DNA from: Mobula hypostoma
Lineage: Eukaryota
Direction: 5' to 3'
Assembly: GCF_963921235.1 (NCBI RefSeq)
Contig: NC_086108.1
Span: 75,332,001 to 75,396,000 of the forward strand
Length of the DNA: 64,000 nt
Below are positions 52,600-64,000 of the stretch, piece after piece. Both the position numbers and the translations under genes were made by a program. The notes beneath the pieces are model-generated. The model saw only the letters and a program-made list of their open reading frames with translations. It was not told where the DNA came from and did not search any database. Every line of letters starts with the position of its first letter. The first letter of the stretch is position 1.

Positions 52600-54190
52600 T
52601 TTTCATTTGCATATTTAAAATTAATTGATAAGGCATGATGTTTGGGATGAATTATATGTAAATGTAGCCAGAGGAAGGATTTGAGGAGTTTATTTAATCA
52701 AGGGTTCTGTAAAATGGAGTCTACATAGTGGATCACAAAAGGATGTCAATCATATAATGAGTGGGAAACAATCTGACAAGTAAACCATCTGGAAATTGTT
52801 TATTTTAGCAGGGGAATTAAAACCATGAGAGATTGGAGGGCATTGAATTTTAGTGAAATTTGGTGCCTTCATGCATGATCTACAAAAGACTTGCATATAC
52901 AGTATTGCAGGAAGGATTTAAGTGCCTAGGAAGTAATTTAGGGAGGGTTAATAAACTGGAGTTAACAGGATGCCTTATGAGGAAAGGTGGTATTGGCTAA
53001 ACTATTGTCTAGAGTTTGGAAGAGTGAGAAGTGTCTTGATTGAAACATTTAAGATCCTCAGGGGTCTTAACAGAGGAGTTGTGCAGAGCAAAAAAAGAAA
53101 AACCAAGCAGCTTTCAGAATTCAGCGTGACTGGCAGAATCCTTGGATGCAAAGAGAAAGTCAACATTTCAGGCTAAGATCCTGCACGAGGACTGATTGCT
53201 ATGGAGAAGGTTTTTCTTCTTGTGGGAAAATCTAGAACTGCACTAGATGTCACAGTTCAAAAATAAGAAAGCATCCAGTTAATCCGTCCATGGACTAGTG
53301 CGGTGAGAAGTACCGTAGGTACCTAGTGCAGTTCATTAAGTAGCTCAGGAGTTGGTGCAGGAGGGAGGGCTTCAGATTTACGGATCATTGGGCTTTTCTC
53401 CAGGGAGGTCAGACCAGTACAAACAAGATAGTTTGCTTCTGAACTGAAGGGAACCAATATCCTCACTGAGAGATTTGCTCGCGCTACCTGGGAAGCATTA
53501 AGCTAGAGTATCAGCAGGATGGTAGCCACATCAGCAGGGCCACAGGTGAGGGCAAGAATGATGCCATGATAACTAAGACTGAAAGAAAGGACAGCAAGGT
53601 AGACTACTAACATGGAGGGTCAAATGAGCTGAAGTGTGTTTATTTCAATGTTAATAATATCCGTAAGGAGCCTGGATCAATGTATAATTTTCAAAGTTTT
53701 GCTATTCTGCTGCTCTCTGTAAAGAGTTTGCACAACCTCATTAGGCTAGAAGAGCCTGTTACAGTGCCATATTTTTATCTCTCGAAGAATGATAGTGACC
53801 TATTTGCATGCTGATGACAATGTACTTGAGATTTGTTGTTATAAATAGTGGAGAGGGGTGTAAAAGAGGCATTGGGGTTGAACTACAGATATAGGAGTGC
53901 TCAGAGAGGCCACAATGAAGGGCTCATCCGTGGGGCAAGTTAGGTGGAACTTAGAAGTAAGGAAGTTACTGATGGGATTCTGCTAAAGCTCCCAATTGCC
54001 ACCAAGAGATGGAGGAACAGATATATAGACAAATTATGGAAAGGTGCACAAACAACAGGGTTATCATAGTGGGGGACTTTGACTTCCCCATTATTGATTG
54101 GAAATTCCTTTATACAAGAGGCCTCGAAGGGGCAGGATTTCTTCAGTAAACCCAAGAGGGATTTTTGAAACAGCATAGAAGAATTCAATG
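52600..54190 (+). mobile_element. Old degraded CR1 pieces (RT tail, then endonuclease region)
   Basis: Decayed LEFGRVRSVLIETFKIL and VIIVGDFDFP-like (54060-54095) motifs. Confidence 0.6.
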
Positions 54191-54204
54191 ACAGGAGAAA
54201 ACAT

Positions 54205-54855
54205 GCTGTATCTGGTTCCTGTATATCAACGAGACCCAACGTAAATGGGGAGATCGCTTCGCCGAGCACCTTCACACAATCTGCCGGAAAATGCAAGATC
54301 TTCCGGTGGCCACCCACTTCGATTCTACTTCCCATTTCCATTCCGACATGTCAGTCCATGACCTCCTCCACTACTGTGATGTGGCCACACTCAGGAAGAA
54401 GAGGCAACACCTTATATTCCATATGGGTAGCCTCCAGCCTGATGGCATGAACATCGATTTCTCAAATTTACAGCAATTGTGTCACATCCCTCCTCTCTTT
54501 CACCATTCTCCATTCCTGTTTCCCTCGCTCACCTAATCTCCTTACCTGCCCATCTTCTCCCTCAGGTGCTCCTCCCCCTTCCCTTCTGTCATCTCCTATC
54601 AGATACCCCCCTCTCCAGCAATCTCTTTCACCAATTTCCGAGCTCTTTACTTCACCCCTTCTGCCTCTCCTGGTTTTACCTATCACCTGCCACCTCGTAC
54701 TTCTTCCTCCCCTCCCCCCAGCTCCTTACTTTGACTTCTTCCCTTCCTTTCCCTTCCTGATGAAGGGTCTTGGCCCAAAACGTTGACTGTTTACTCTTTT
54801 CCATAGGTGCTTCCTGGCCTGCTGAGTTTCTCCAGCATTTTGAGTGTGTTGCTAA
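54205..54855 (+). mobile_element. Penelope-like 3' fragment (GIY-YIG plus tail)
   Basis: YI.ETQRKWGDRFAEH..DLPVATHF..HSDMSVH..QHLIFHMGSLQPDGMNIDFSN. Confidence 0.88.
54752..54789 (+). ncRNA. Minimal hammerhead-like motif (CUGAUGA and stem II intact, GAAA changed to AAAA)
   Basis: ccttc-ctgatga-aggg-tcttgg-ccc-aaaa-cgtt-gactg. Confidence 0.6.
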
Positions 54856-55659
54856 GAGCAAAACAAGGTAGATTGTGTACATTGATGGCTGCAGAAGAGG
54901 CATATGGCATGCCTCTTCATTGGTGAGGGTGTTGAATATATAAGGGAAAGGAAGTCATCCTGCAACTATATAAAACTTCAGTCAGACAGCATGCTGCTCT
55001 ATGGAGTGAAAAAGACATTTGATATTTGGGGAATAAAGGGAAATAGAAGGGAAAAGGGACAGAGCAGAAGCAGTTACCGGAAGTTTGAGCATTTGGTACT
55101 CACATTGCCAGGTTGGTGACTGCTTACATGGGATATTAAGTGCAGTTCTTCTGATTTCATTTGGAAGGATGTGGAGACTGTGAAGAGGGTGCAGAAGCCA
55201 TTTACCCAGAAGCCCCCTGGATTAAAGGGTATGAGCTATAAGGAAAGGTTAGAGAAATCTGCATTGCTCCCCCTAGAGCGTCAGATGCTGAACAAGGATC
55301 TGATAGACTTCAACTTAAATTATGAGATATGTAAATATCATGTAATATTCTTTTCCCCAGGGTAGAAGTGTCAAACTCCAGAGAACATGCTTTTAGGGTT
55401 AGAGGGGACAATTTTAAAGGCAACAAGTGGGGTCTCCACTGCCTTCTCCACTTCATCAGGGATTATTCTCTCTGTGTCTCTCTCATCTACTCATCCTTCC
55501 CCACTGACCCTCTTTTCTCTCCAGGTACTCGCCTCTGTAACTCACATAAACCATTCCACCAGCCCCTAATCTTCTCTCTCAGCTCCATCCAGCACCCTAA
55601 ACAGTCCTTCTAAGTGAGGCAGTCCTCTACATGTCAATCCCTTGGTGATTTTTATTGTC

Positions 55660-57680
55660 ATAAACACAAGAAAATCTGCAGATGCTGGAAATGCAAAGCA
55701 ACACACATAAAATGCTGGAGGATCTCAAGGCCAGGCAGCGTCTATTGAAAAGATTAAACAGTTGACATTTCAGGCAAAGACCCTTCACCAGAACTGGAAA
55801 GGAAGAGGGGGAGTCAGAGTAGGAAGGTGGGGGGAGGGGAAGAAGATGTAGGAAGTGGCGGGTGATAGGCGAAAAAGTGGGGGGGGAAGGTTTGAAGTAA
55901 GGAGGTAAGAAGTTGATTGGTGAAAGAGATAAAGGGCTGGAGAAGGGGGAGAAGGGAGAGGACAGAAGACCGTGGAAGAAAAGGAAAGAGGAAGAGCACA
56001 AGATGGAAGCAATGTGCAGGTAAGGAGATAAGATAAGCGAGGTTAGACAGAATGGAGAATGGGGAGAGGGGTGTGCAATTACTGAAAATTTGAAGAATGG
56101 ATGTTCATGCCATCAGGATGGAGACTACCCAGATGGAATACAAGGTGTTGCACCTCCAACCTGAGTGTAGCCGCATTGCAACAGAAGAGGAGGCCATGGA
56201 CTGACATGTCGGAATGGGAATGGGAAGTGGAATGAGAATGGGTGGCCACCAGGAGATCCTGCTTTTCTGGCGGATGAAGGTGCTCAGGGAAGCGATCTCC
56301 CAATCTACGTCAGGTCTCACCGATATACAGAGGCCATACCAGGAGCATCAGATACAGTAAGATGACCCCAACAGACTCACAGGTGAAGTGTCACCTCACC
56401 TGGAAGGACTGTTTGGGGCCCTGAATGGTAGGGAGGGAGGAGGTATAGGGTCAGGTATGGTGCTTGTTCCGCTTGCAAGGATAAGTATCAGGAAGGAGAT
56501 CAGTGGGAAGGGATGAATGGACAAGGGAGTTGCAGAGGGAATGATCCCTGTGGAAAGAAGAAAATGGTGGGGGGGGGGCAAGTTGTGCTCGGTGGTGGGA
56601 TCCCACTGGAGATAACAGGTTACAGATAATTATGTGCTTGATGTGGAGGCTAGTGGGGTGGTAGGTGAGGACAAGAGGAACCTTTTCCCTGATGTTGTGG
56701 TGGGAGGATGAGGTGAGGGCAGCTGTACATGAAATGGAAGAAATGCAGCACTGATGGTGGAGGAAGGGAAGCCCCTTTCTTTGAAGAAGGAGGACATCTC
56801 AGTAGTTCTGGAATGAAAAGCCTCATCCTGAGAGCAGATGTGGCAGAGACAGAGGAACTGAGAGAAGGGGAGGGCATCATTCAAGTGACAGGGTGGGAAG
56901 AGGTATAGTCCAGGCAGCTGTGAGAGTCAGTGGGTTTATAAAAGATATCAGTAGATAGACTGCCTTCAGAGATAGAGACAGAGAGATCGAAAAAGGGGAT
57001 GGAGGTGCCAGAAATGGACCAGGTAAATTTGAGGGCAGGGTGGAAGCTGGAGGCAAAGTTGATGAAGCTGCAGGAAGCCGCACCATTACAGTCATCAGTG
57101 TAGCTTATGAAGAGTTGGGGAGCGATGTTGATGTAGACTTGGAACATGGACTGTTCCACGTAGCCAACATAAAGGCAGGCATTGCAGAGACCTATGCGAG
57201 TGCCCATGACTAGACCTTTGGTTTGAAGGAAGTGAGAGGAGCCAAAGGAGAACTTATTGAGGCTGAGGACCAGTTCTGCCAGACCGAGGAGAGTGGTGGT
57301 GGAGGGGAACTGGTTAGCTCTGTTGTCCAGATAGAAGCAGAGAGCTTGAAGGCCCCCCTGATGGGGGATGGGGTGTATAGGTTCTGGACATCCATAGTGA
57401 AAATGAGACGACTGATGCCAGGAAACTTGAAGTTATTAAAAAGATCGAGAGCATGTGGAGTGTCACAGATGTAGGTAAGAAGGAACTGAACCAAAGGGAG
57501 ATAAAACAGAGTCAAGGTGTACAAATATAAGTTCAGTGGAGCACAGACACAATGGAGCTACCTGGACAGGCAGGTTTATGGATCTTGGATAGGAGATAGA
57601 ATTGGAAGGTGCAGGGTAAGGGAAAAATGGGGTTGGTGGCAGTGGATGGGAGATTCCCCAAAGTCAATAAGGTTGGGCAA
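55660..57680 (-). mobile_element. Penelope-like retroelement: RT, GIY-YIG endonuclease and tail, frameshifted
   Basis: IFTMDVQNLYT, MGTRIG..ACLYVGYVE, YTDD, YKPTDSHSCLDYTSSHP, YIGET.RRLGDRFPEH, GSLHPDGMNI. Confidence 0.92.
55759..55796 (-). ncRNA. Minimal hammerhead-like motif with re-paired stem I
   Basis: Minus strand: cagtt-ctggtga-aggg-tctttg-cct-gaaa-tgtc-aactg (stem I CAGTT/AACTG). Confidence 0.6.
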
Positions 57681-57844
57681 AGAGACAACTAGCGGAAACT
57701 CCTACTGACACAAAAGTAACATGCACCTTCCACACAGGCATACAGGACTAAACCCTGGTTGCCAGAACTATATGGAAACCTTTGCTGCTGAGCTCCCATT
57801 TTGCCTGAGAAATCATACAGGTCCTTCAGCTCCACTGTTCCATG

Positions 57845-58002
57845 CAACTAAAATACCTGTCTAAGATAGTCCAATTCCCTGTGCTTGGCCCGTGTCCCTC
57901 TGAAATGATTTCTTCTCACCTTTCAACTAAAATACCTGTCTAAGATAGTCCAATTCCCTGTGCTTGGCCCGTGTCCCTCTGAAATTATTTCTTCTCACCT
58001 TT
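57845..58002 (+). repeat. 79-bp tandem duplication
   Basis: 57845-57923 vs 57924-58002, one mismatch. Confidence 0.92.
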
Positions 58003-58134
58003 CTTTAGGACTGGAAAGGAAGGGGGAAGATACCAGAATAAAAAGGAAGGTGGAAGGGAAGGAGAATAGCTAATAACAACAGCTTCAATGCTGCCGTTGT
58101 TCTCAGCAGCCAAGGATGAAGCTTTTAAATTTAA

Positions 58135-58282
58135 AACATGAGAAAGTCTGCAGATGCTGGAAATCCAAAGCAACACACTCAAAATGCTGGAGGAACAGAG
58201 CAGGCCAGAAGCATCAACTGTTTATTCCTTTTCACTGATGCTACCTGACCTGCTGAGTTCCTCCAGCATTTTGTGTGTGTGG
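58135..58282. repeat. Fold-back element made of two inverted Penelope tails
   Basis: Arm acacactcaaaatgctggaggaacagagcaggccagaagcatca pairs with tgatgctacctgacctgctgagttcctccagcattttgtgtgtgt. Confidence 0.8.
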
Positions 58283-58449
58283 TTTTAAATTAAAAGATTT
58301 GATTCTGCTGCCTATCACTATATGGTAACCATAGCCACTGCATATTGACATAGCATGGGTAAAGAAAAGAAACTCATTATCTATGTTCGCATATGAAGAA
58401 TAGATTCTTGGATTAAGTATCAAAAGATAACTGTACTGATTCATACTCT

Positions 58450-59310
58450 TGCAAATACCAGTACTTGAGGTGAAGAGGTGATAAAAGTAGTAATTCGTTA
58501 GGAGGTTGGTGAGTGACATAATAAATTGGGTGGTTAAGACTGTGACATGTGGAGGTCAGTGTAGTGAACTGTGGGGTCATCTACTTTGGACATAAGAAAA
58601 TAGATAAATGTATTTTTTAAATGACAAGAAGTTACGAAGTGTGGGGAAGCAGAAAGATTAATGACACGTGCAAAAACTGCTAAAAGTAAATTTTCTAAAA
58701 ACTTTTTAAACTCATATGGAATGTTAGCATCCATCTCAAGAGGCTGTAAAACAGAGTAAAGGAAGCTATACTGTCAAATTAAGGTTAGCTAGATTCAGAG
58801 TACTGTGTTTAGTCTGGACACAGGGAAGATGTATTGACTTTAGAGAAGCTATAGTTCAGACTCATGAGCATGAATTGAGGGTTAAACATGTTAAGGTGCA
58901 AGGATCTGATACAAGGGCCAGATCTGATACAGTAGCTCGAATTGAGAAGTCTGAGAAATGATCTACAAATGTAAATGATGTCCTTAAAATGATTAAAAGA
59001 TTCGACAGTGTAGAGAGGGAGAAGGTACCTTCTCTGGTTTAGGAGTAATCAAAAACAAGGAGACAAAACCTAAATTTCAAGCTGAGACATTTAGGACTAA
59101 TGACAGGAAGTATACAAGAATAAAAGTATTGCAGAGAGTGTTCCCTTGACAGGCTGCTGGCTCTACATCAGCTGAAATGTCTCGAGGTGAAGTAGATCTT
59201 GTCAGGTAATGTTATTCAAGGACAGGCAGGAAAATGGAGCTGAGCTTTAACCTGACTGAATGGTAGAACACACCAGAGAGGATTAATGGTAAACGTCTGT
59301 GTCTCAGGCC
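58450..59310 (+). mobile_element. Old degraded CR1
   Basis: Decayed ggcagatg/gaactgtggggtcatctactttgg, gagtactgtgtttagtctgg and a CR1-like 3' end. Confidence 0.6.
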
Positions 59311-61199
59311 CTGGACTTGGTTCCTGCCTGAAGTGCAAGGCTGTAATGAAACGAAATATAAGCCAATGGCCTTTTTGCATTCCATGATTTCCTTATGTTC
59401 TTAGTTAAGATTGAAGTATGGAATTGAATCTTAATAAAGTCCTAGCAGACGTGGTCCAGAAATCTTCCTATTTGCTTCAGAATTATGTTCAATTGGGGTT
59501 GGATTTACTCAGATTCCTCTGCATTGTAAAATTACCACTTAATACTGACCATATGACTGCAGCAACTGATAACAGCCAGACTCTACAGACAGAAGAAAGA
59601 CAGAAGCTTTTGCTCCAATATTTGATCCTTTGTGACAAATTGCTATTCTGATTACATCATTCAGACTTTCTCAGTTTATTTTTGAAAATAACTTAAGGTC
59701 TACACTGAGAAGAGAGAAATCATAAAGGGAAATAGAAGACTGTGAGTTCGAAAAAGGTGCGGAGAACCAGCAAGGTAAAGAATATAGATGCTTAGCAGTG
59801 AGTCACAAAGCAGTAATTCAACTGGTCAGCTCCAATTGTGTCAAACTTGAACAACCATTTATGAATGTCAGCAGAATTGCAAAATTGAAAACCATATTAA
59901 TCTCACTCTCAGGTACTTATTTTCTTTATACCACAAGATCTAAAGTTTATTTTAGTTTTAAAATCACTCTTTAGCATGCTAAGTCTATAGAGTTTGAGAG
60001 TCATAGTTGAAAGATATTACTGATGAGGCATCTGAAAATATATGGATCACATTACTGCTTCAGCAATAAATTATCTGGAAATCACTTTACAGTCCAAATA
60101 AATACTGTAGATAGAGAAGAAAATAGGAAAGATAAAACCAAAAAGAAAATACTTTGAACAAGTCATCTGATAACTGAAATCAGATTATGAAAACTTTCTG
60201 TAATCACTCCTTCATTATAAAAGCTCATCCAGTCATAACAATGATCATTCATGTTGTCATATTCACAAACAAAATTACTTTTAATATAAATAATTGCTAA
60301 GCATTGCAACAATAAAAAGCAGAGTCCTTATTAAAGGGATTATGTAAATCTAGGGTTTCTTGTTGGGCTAAATTTACTGTTTAAATTTTGATTTTTTTTG
60401 ACTAATCACAACATGGTCTCTGACCTTATTCCCTTCTGAATTACCAATAGAAAGGAGTGTGAGCTAAAACTTGGCTATGAAACTAACCCAGATAAAAGTT
60501 ACACTTTCCAAAGCTGATCAATGGAACAGATTGGCCGGTGGTGACATAATCAATGCTGGCCAGACCTTAATATTTCTCATCAAGCGGTCCATGCATGATA
60601 CCTAAGTATTTCAGTACACCATGAATTTAATCTCAACTGGAGGGATTGTTGTTTCTTAAACACAGTACATCATGAATATCTTTATACCTACATCTATATA
60701 CTAGTACAATAGTTCCTTTTAATATCGGAGAATGTGTGACAAGGTTGAAATCTGGTTCAATTTATTTATAAGCAATTGTTCAAATAATTTTCAAAAGGAA
60801 TTAAAATAATTTATTTAATGTGAATATCATTTCATATTGAAAAAAGTAGATATTACTTCAAAAATATGCAGAAGTGTTTCATTGAAAATTTGGAGAATCT
60901 GTGTGCAAGGTACACTTTTCTAGTATTGAGCACTGAATCTGCGTTGACTTGCAAGGGCTCACATTCAATCTTCAGCACGAGATTGATTGTGCATGCCTAG
61001 CAGAATGCCTGGGAGGGACAGCACACATTGTACTGGTTTACCAAAGTTATTAATGCATGAACATTGCAGAGTTTAAGTTTCATTTGTCTCCCCTTTTCAG
61101 AGGTACCACAAAACCCTGGAGGCACCACTGGGATTGGGTGTGCAGGTGGACCTACTACTTGCCAGATTGAGTTCATCCAAGCCACATCCAGCCTTTTCT

Positions 61200-64000
61200 T
61201 AATCACCTACAGCAGCAGCAGAGTGAGGCAGTTGACTGAGGTAGGTGAGGCTGAGAGCTGATGCACTTGCGGCACAGTGAATGCTCCAGGCTGCAGCATC
61301 CAGTCAGCAGCAGGGAATCTTACAGCCACCACAATAACTTGCACCACTGCCAAGGGGAAAAGAAAATGGATGTGCTTAGGAATCTCCAAGAAGAAACAAG
61401 TGAGAAAGTGTGTGGATTACCTAAAGAGAAGCTGCTGGAACCCAGTAGCTTCCTTTTGCTCCCAGGAGAGGACATCACTAAGAAAACACGTTTGTCTCTT
61501 GTATCCCTAATAAGTCACCATCCAGGAAGAGAGGAGCTGGAACTTCAGGATGATAGTGGCATGTCTGAACTTCTACTGCTTGGAGACAAGTTAAATGAGT
61601 TAGTGATTACAACAACTGCTGTGGCTGATGAAATGGAGGAAGAAAACAGGGAAATTACAATAACCCGCAGTTCAATACAAAGGTCAGCTTCTAACAGGAT
61701 GACCTTGAGTGATCAGCAGTGGTTAGTTCAGAGGGAAATTGTCCCACCAGCATGATGCAAAGACTTGTCAGGTTGGCAAGCCCAGTAAGAAAGACAAGTT
61801 GTCATTTTCTAGCCTTATTTGCCAGAGAGAAAGCACCCTAAATAGAGGCTATCCAGAGGAGGAGATCATCGATGCAGTGATCAGAGCGGTTCTGTCTGGG
61901 CTCCAGCTGCTCAGTTATCTTGAGGCCATATCAGACTTGAACTTACCTACCCTTAGACAGATCCTTTGCTCACATTATCAAGAAAAAGGGGCAACTGAAC
62001 AGTACAAGCAGCTGACAGCTGAAACCCAATGCAGTACAGAGACGCCACAAGGTTTCTTAATACGTGTTTCTGATCTGAAGCAGAAAGTACCGCTTGCCTC
62101 ACAGGAAGGGGAGTCTGGTCTGAAATATGATCCAGCCTTAGTGCGGAGTATGTTTTTACATACTGTACTCACCAGCTTACAAAGTGATTGCATTCAAAAT
62201 TACCTCCAGCCATACCTTTTAGATCCCAAAACCTCAGATGAAGTACTATTAGAGAAGCTAAACACTGCATGTGCAAATAAACAGAAAAAGAATAAACGGA
62301 AGCCAGCTGGGTCAGCCTGCACTGCCACTGTTAACTCTACACAGGCAGAGGAGCATCCTGTTGAGTGTAAATGTCAGATGGAAAGGACTCATATAGACCT
62401 AGTCTCACCATTGAAAACATTCAGTGAAGACATTGCACAGGTCAAGGAGCAACTTCAGCAGCCCATACCTGTGTGTCAACAATGTTCTCAGTTTCAAATT
62501 AAAAGCAGGAGGTAAGAGCAACTCCTTCTCAGCCGCAGGACCTAGCACAGAGTGACCAGCAGCCACCGGAGTGGGGTACAAAGACCAGTCTGTAGGGAAA
62601 AACATAGTCAGATCTGAACTCCAGAGATGGCCAAGCAGCAAACAGAAACAGTGGTGGAGAGAGCAAAACCACTCAATCGAACCAGCTCTGCTTCAATCAT
62701 ACCCAGCCCCACAACAACAAAATGTTCCCCCATCTCAGCAGTATGTAACAGTATCATATGCATTGCCATCTGAAGCTCAGCAGCCATGTCAAGTAGCTCC
62801 ACAGAATGATTCATTTTTACCATGGCAGCATGGAGTTGTAGAAGAGTATCCAGTCCCAGTATGTCCTTATCCTGGCCTGCCTCAGCGACCTCATTCACTA
62901 TGAACTAGAAGGTGTTTCCACTGTCAGCAGAGAGGGTGTGTGGAAAGCACGAGGAGTAAGACAGCCATTCACCAGTGTTTTAGCTGCACAGTGCCAAGTC
63001 AATCAACATTTGTCTGTAACTTCACTGGTGGGCATTCAGTGCCTCATAGAATGCTACTTACATGGACGTTGAAGTGAAGTGATATGGAACCCAGGTTTAC
63101 AGGTGTGCATTGTAAATGAGCAGTGGAAAACTAAGCACTTACCTGCAATCAAACTGAAGGATGTTTCAGAGACAGTAGGGGCACCTGAGGCATTACAGCT
63201 GGTGGCAGCCAATGGCGCAAGCATGCCACGGGTAGGATGGGTTGAAATCACTTTCAAATTAGCTTCGCCTGGTGCAAAAGAATTAATCATACCAGTTCAG
63301 GTTCTGAAAGGCAGACCTCTACAGCATCCCTTCATTGCAGTCAACGTGATTGAACTGATTATAAAGGAGAGTGAGAAAGAAAATTTAACGACAGGGAGGG
63401 CGAGCCTTTGTATGAAACAATAAGAGCTGCGTTCCCAAGCCTGAAGAGAAGCAAAATTAAAGCATTCATCAGTCTGATTAGCATTGAGAATCCTTGTGAG
63501 TATCGTGTAAAGACAATAAAGGAGAGAATTAACATACCAGAACGTACAACAATGCAAGTTCAAAGCCATGTAGAGGTTCCATTTGTGAGGGAAGACAGAA
63601 CAATGCTCTTTGAACCACAAGTGAACCCACAGCAGGCAGAAGGCCTTGAACTGTGTGAAGCACTTGTAACACTCCAGAGGAGTGCATGTCATACATTGTA
63701 TTGATGTGCACAACAGAATAGACCATGACATCGTGCCTGCTGAGGAGACAGTGCTCTGGACATTGCAACCAGTTAAGTCCGTGTTCCCTGTCAATGCACA
63801 AGAACGAACCATAATCGACCCAGCCACTCGACACCAAATAGAGGATGATATGGGTGAACTTGACTCTGATTTATGGGATCCCCCAGTCGATGTGAGCCAC
63901 CTAAGTATACAACAGCAGCAGATTGTGAGGCAGATCCTGCAAGAAGAATGCCAATCTTTTTCAAAATCAGACAATGACATTGGATGCATCCAAGCTTTGC
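61200..64000 (+). mobile_element. Decayed Ty3/Gypsy LTR retrotransposon gag-pol, continuing past the window end
   Basis: gag-like QVGKPSKKDKLSFSSL..GYPEEEIIDAVIRAV..ETPQGFLIR (61739-62515). Knuckle remnant CFHCQQ (~62915). Protease site decayed to IWNPGLQV (from the WDTG type). Pre-RT VDVSHLSIQQQQIVRQILQEEC..FSKSDNDIGCI. No LTR identified. Confidence 0.82.

Noticed and set aside
63297..63989. 230-aa minus-strand ORF
   Set aside because: Antisense shadow of the decayed Gypsy pol, with no domain motif.

Overview
This is AT-rich, CpG-depleted vertebrate genomic DNA. It is most likely a cartilaginous fish such as a ray or skate; that is inferred from the repeat repertoire, not proven. No intact host protein-coding gene, rRNA, tRNA or CRISPR array is recognisable, so the window reads as a large intron or intergenic region. 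Well over half of it is nested transposon debris. This includes many CR1 LINEs (one young, 21581-23090), Rex1/Babar-type LINEs, a Tx1/L1-type 3' fragment with an 11-bp TSD, an RTE-type fragment, and a two-LTR BEL/Pao provirus (about 2992-9940) plus a second BEL remnant. There is also a Ty3/Gypsy gag-pol running off the right end, Tc1, Tigger/pogo and hAT-Charlie DNA transposon derivatives, tRNA-derived SINEs, and many Penelope-like element (PLE) pieces. The most notable non-obvious signal is a recurring ~38-nt motif in the PLE tails (consensus CAGTC-CTGATGA-AGGG-TCTCGG-CCC-GAAA-CGTC-GACTG). It has the architecture of a minimal type I hammerhead ribozyme and occurs in at least 6 copies, all with point mutations, two of them in an inverted PLE pair. 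The repeat-free gaps hold two weak minus-strand exon candidates and a nuclear-receptor-site cluster. Family calls rest on motif recognition by eye, and most boundaries are approximate unless a TSD is quoted.
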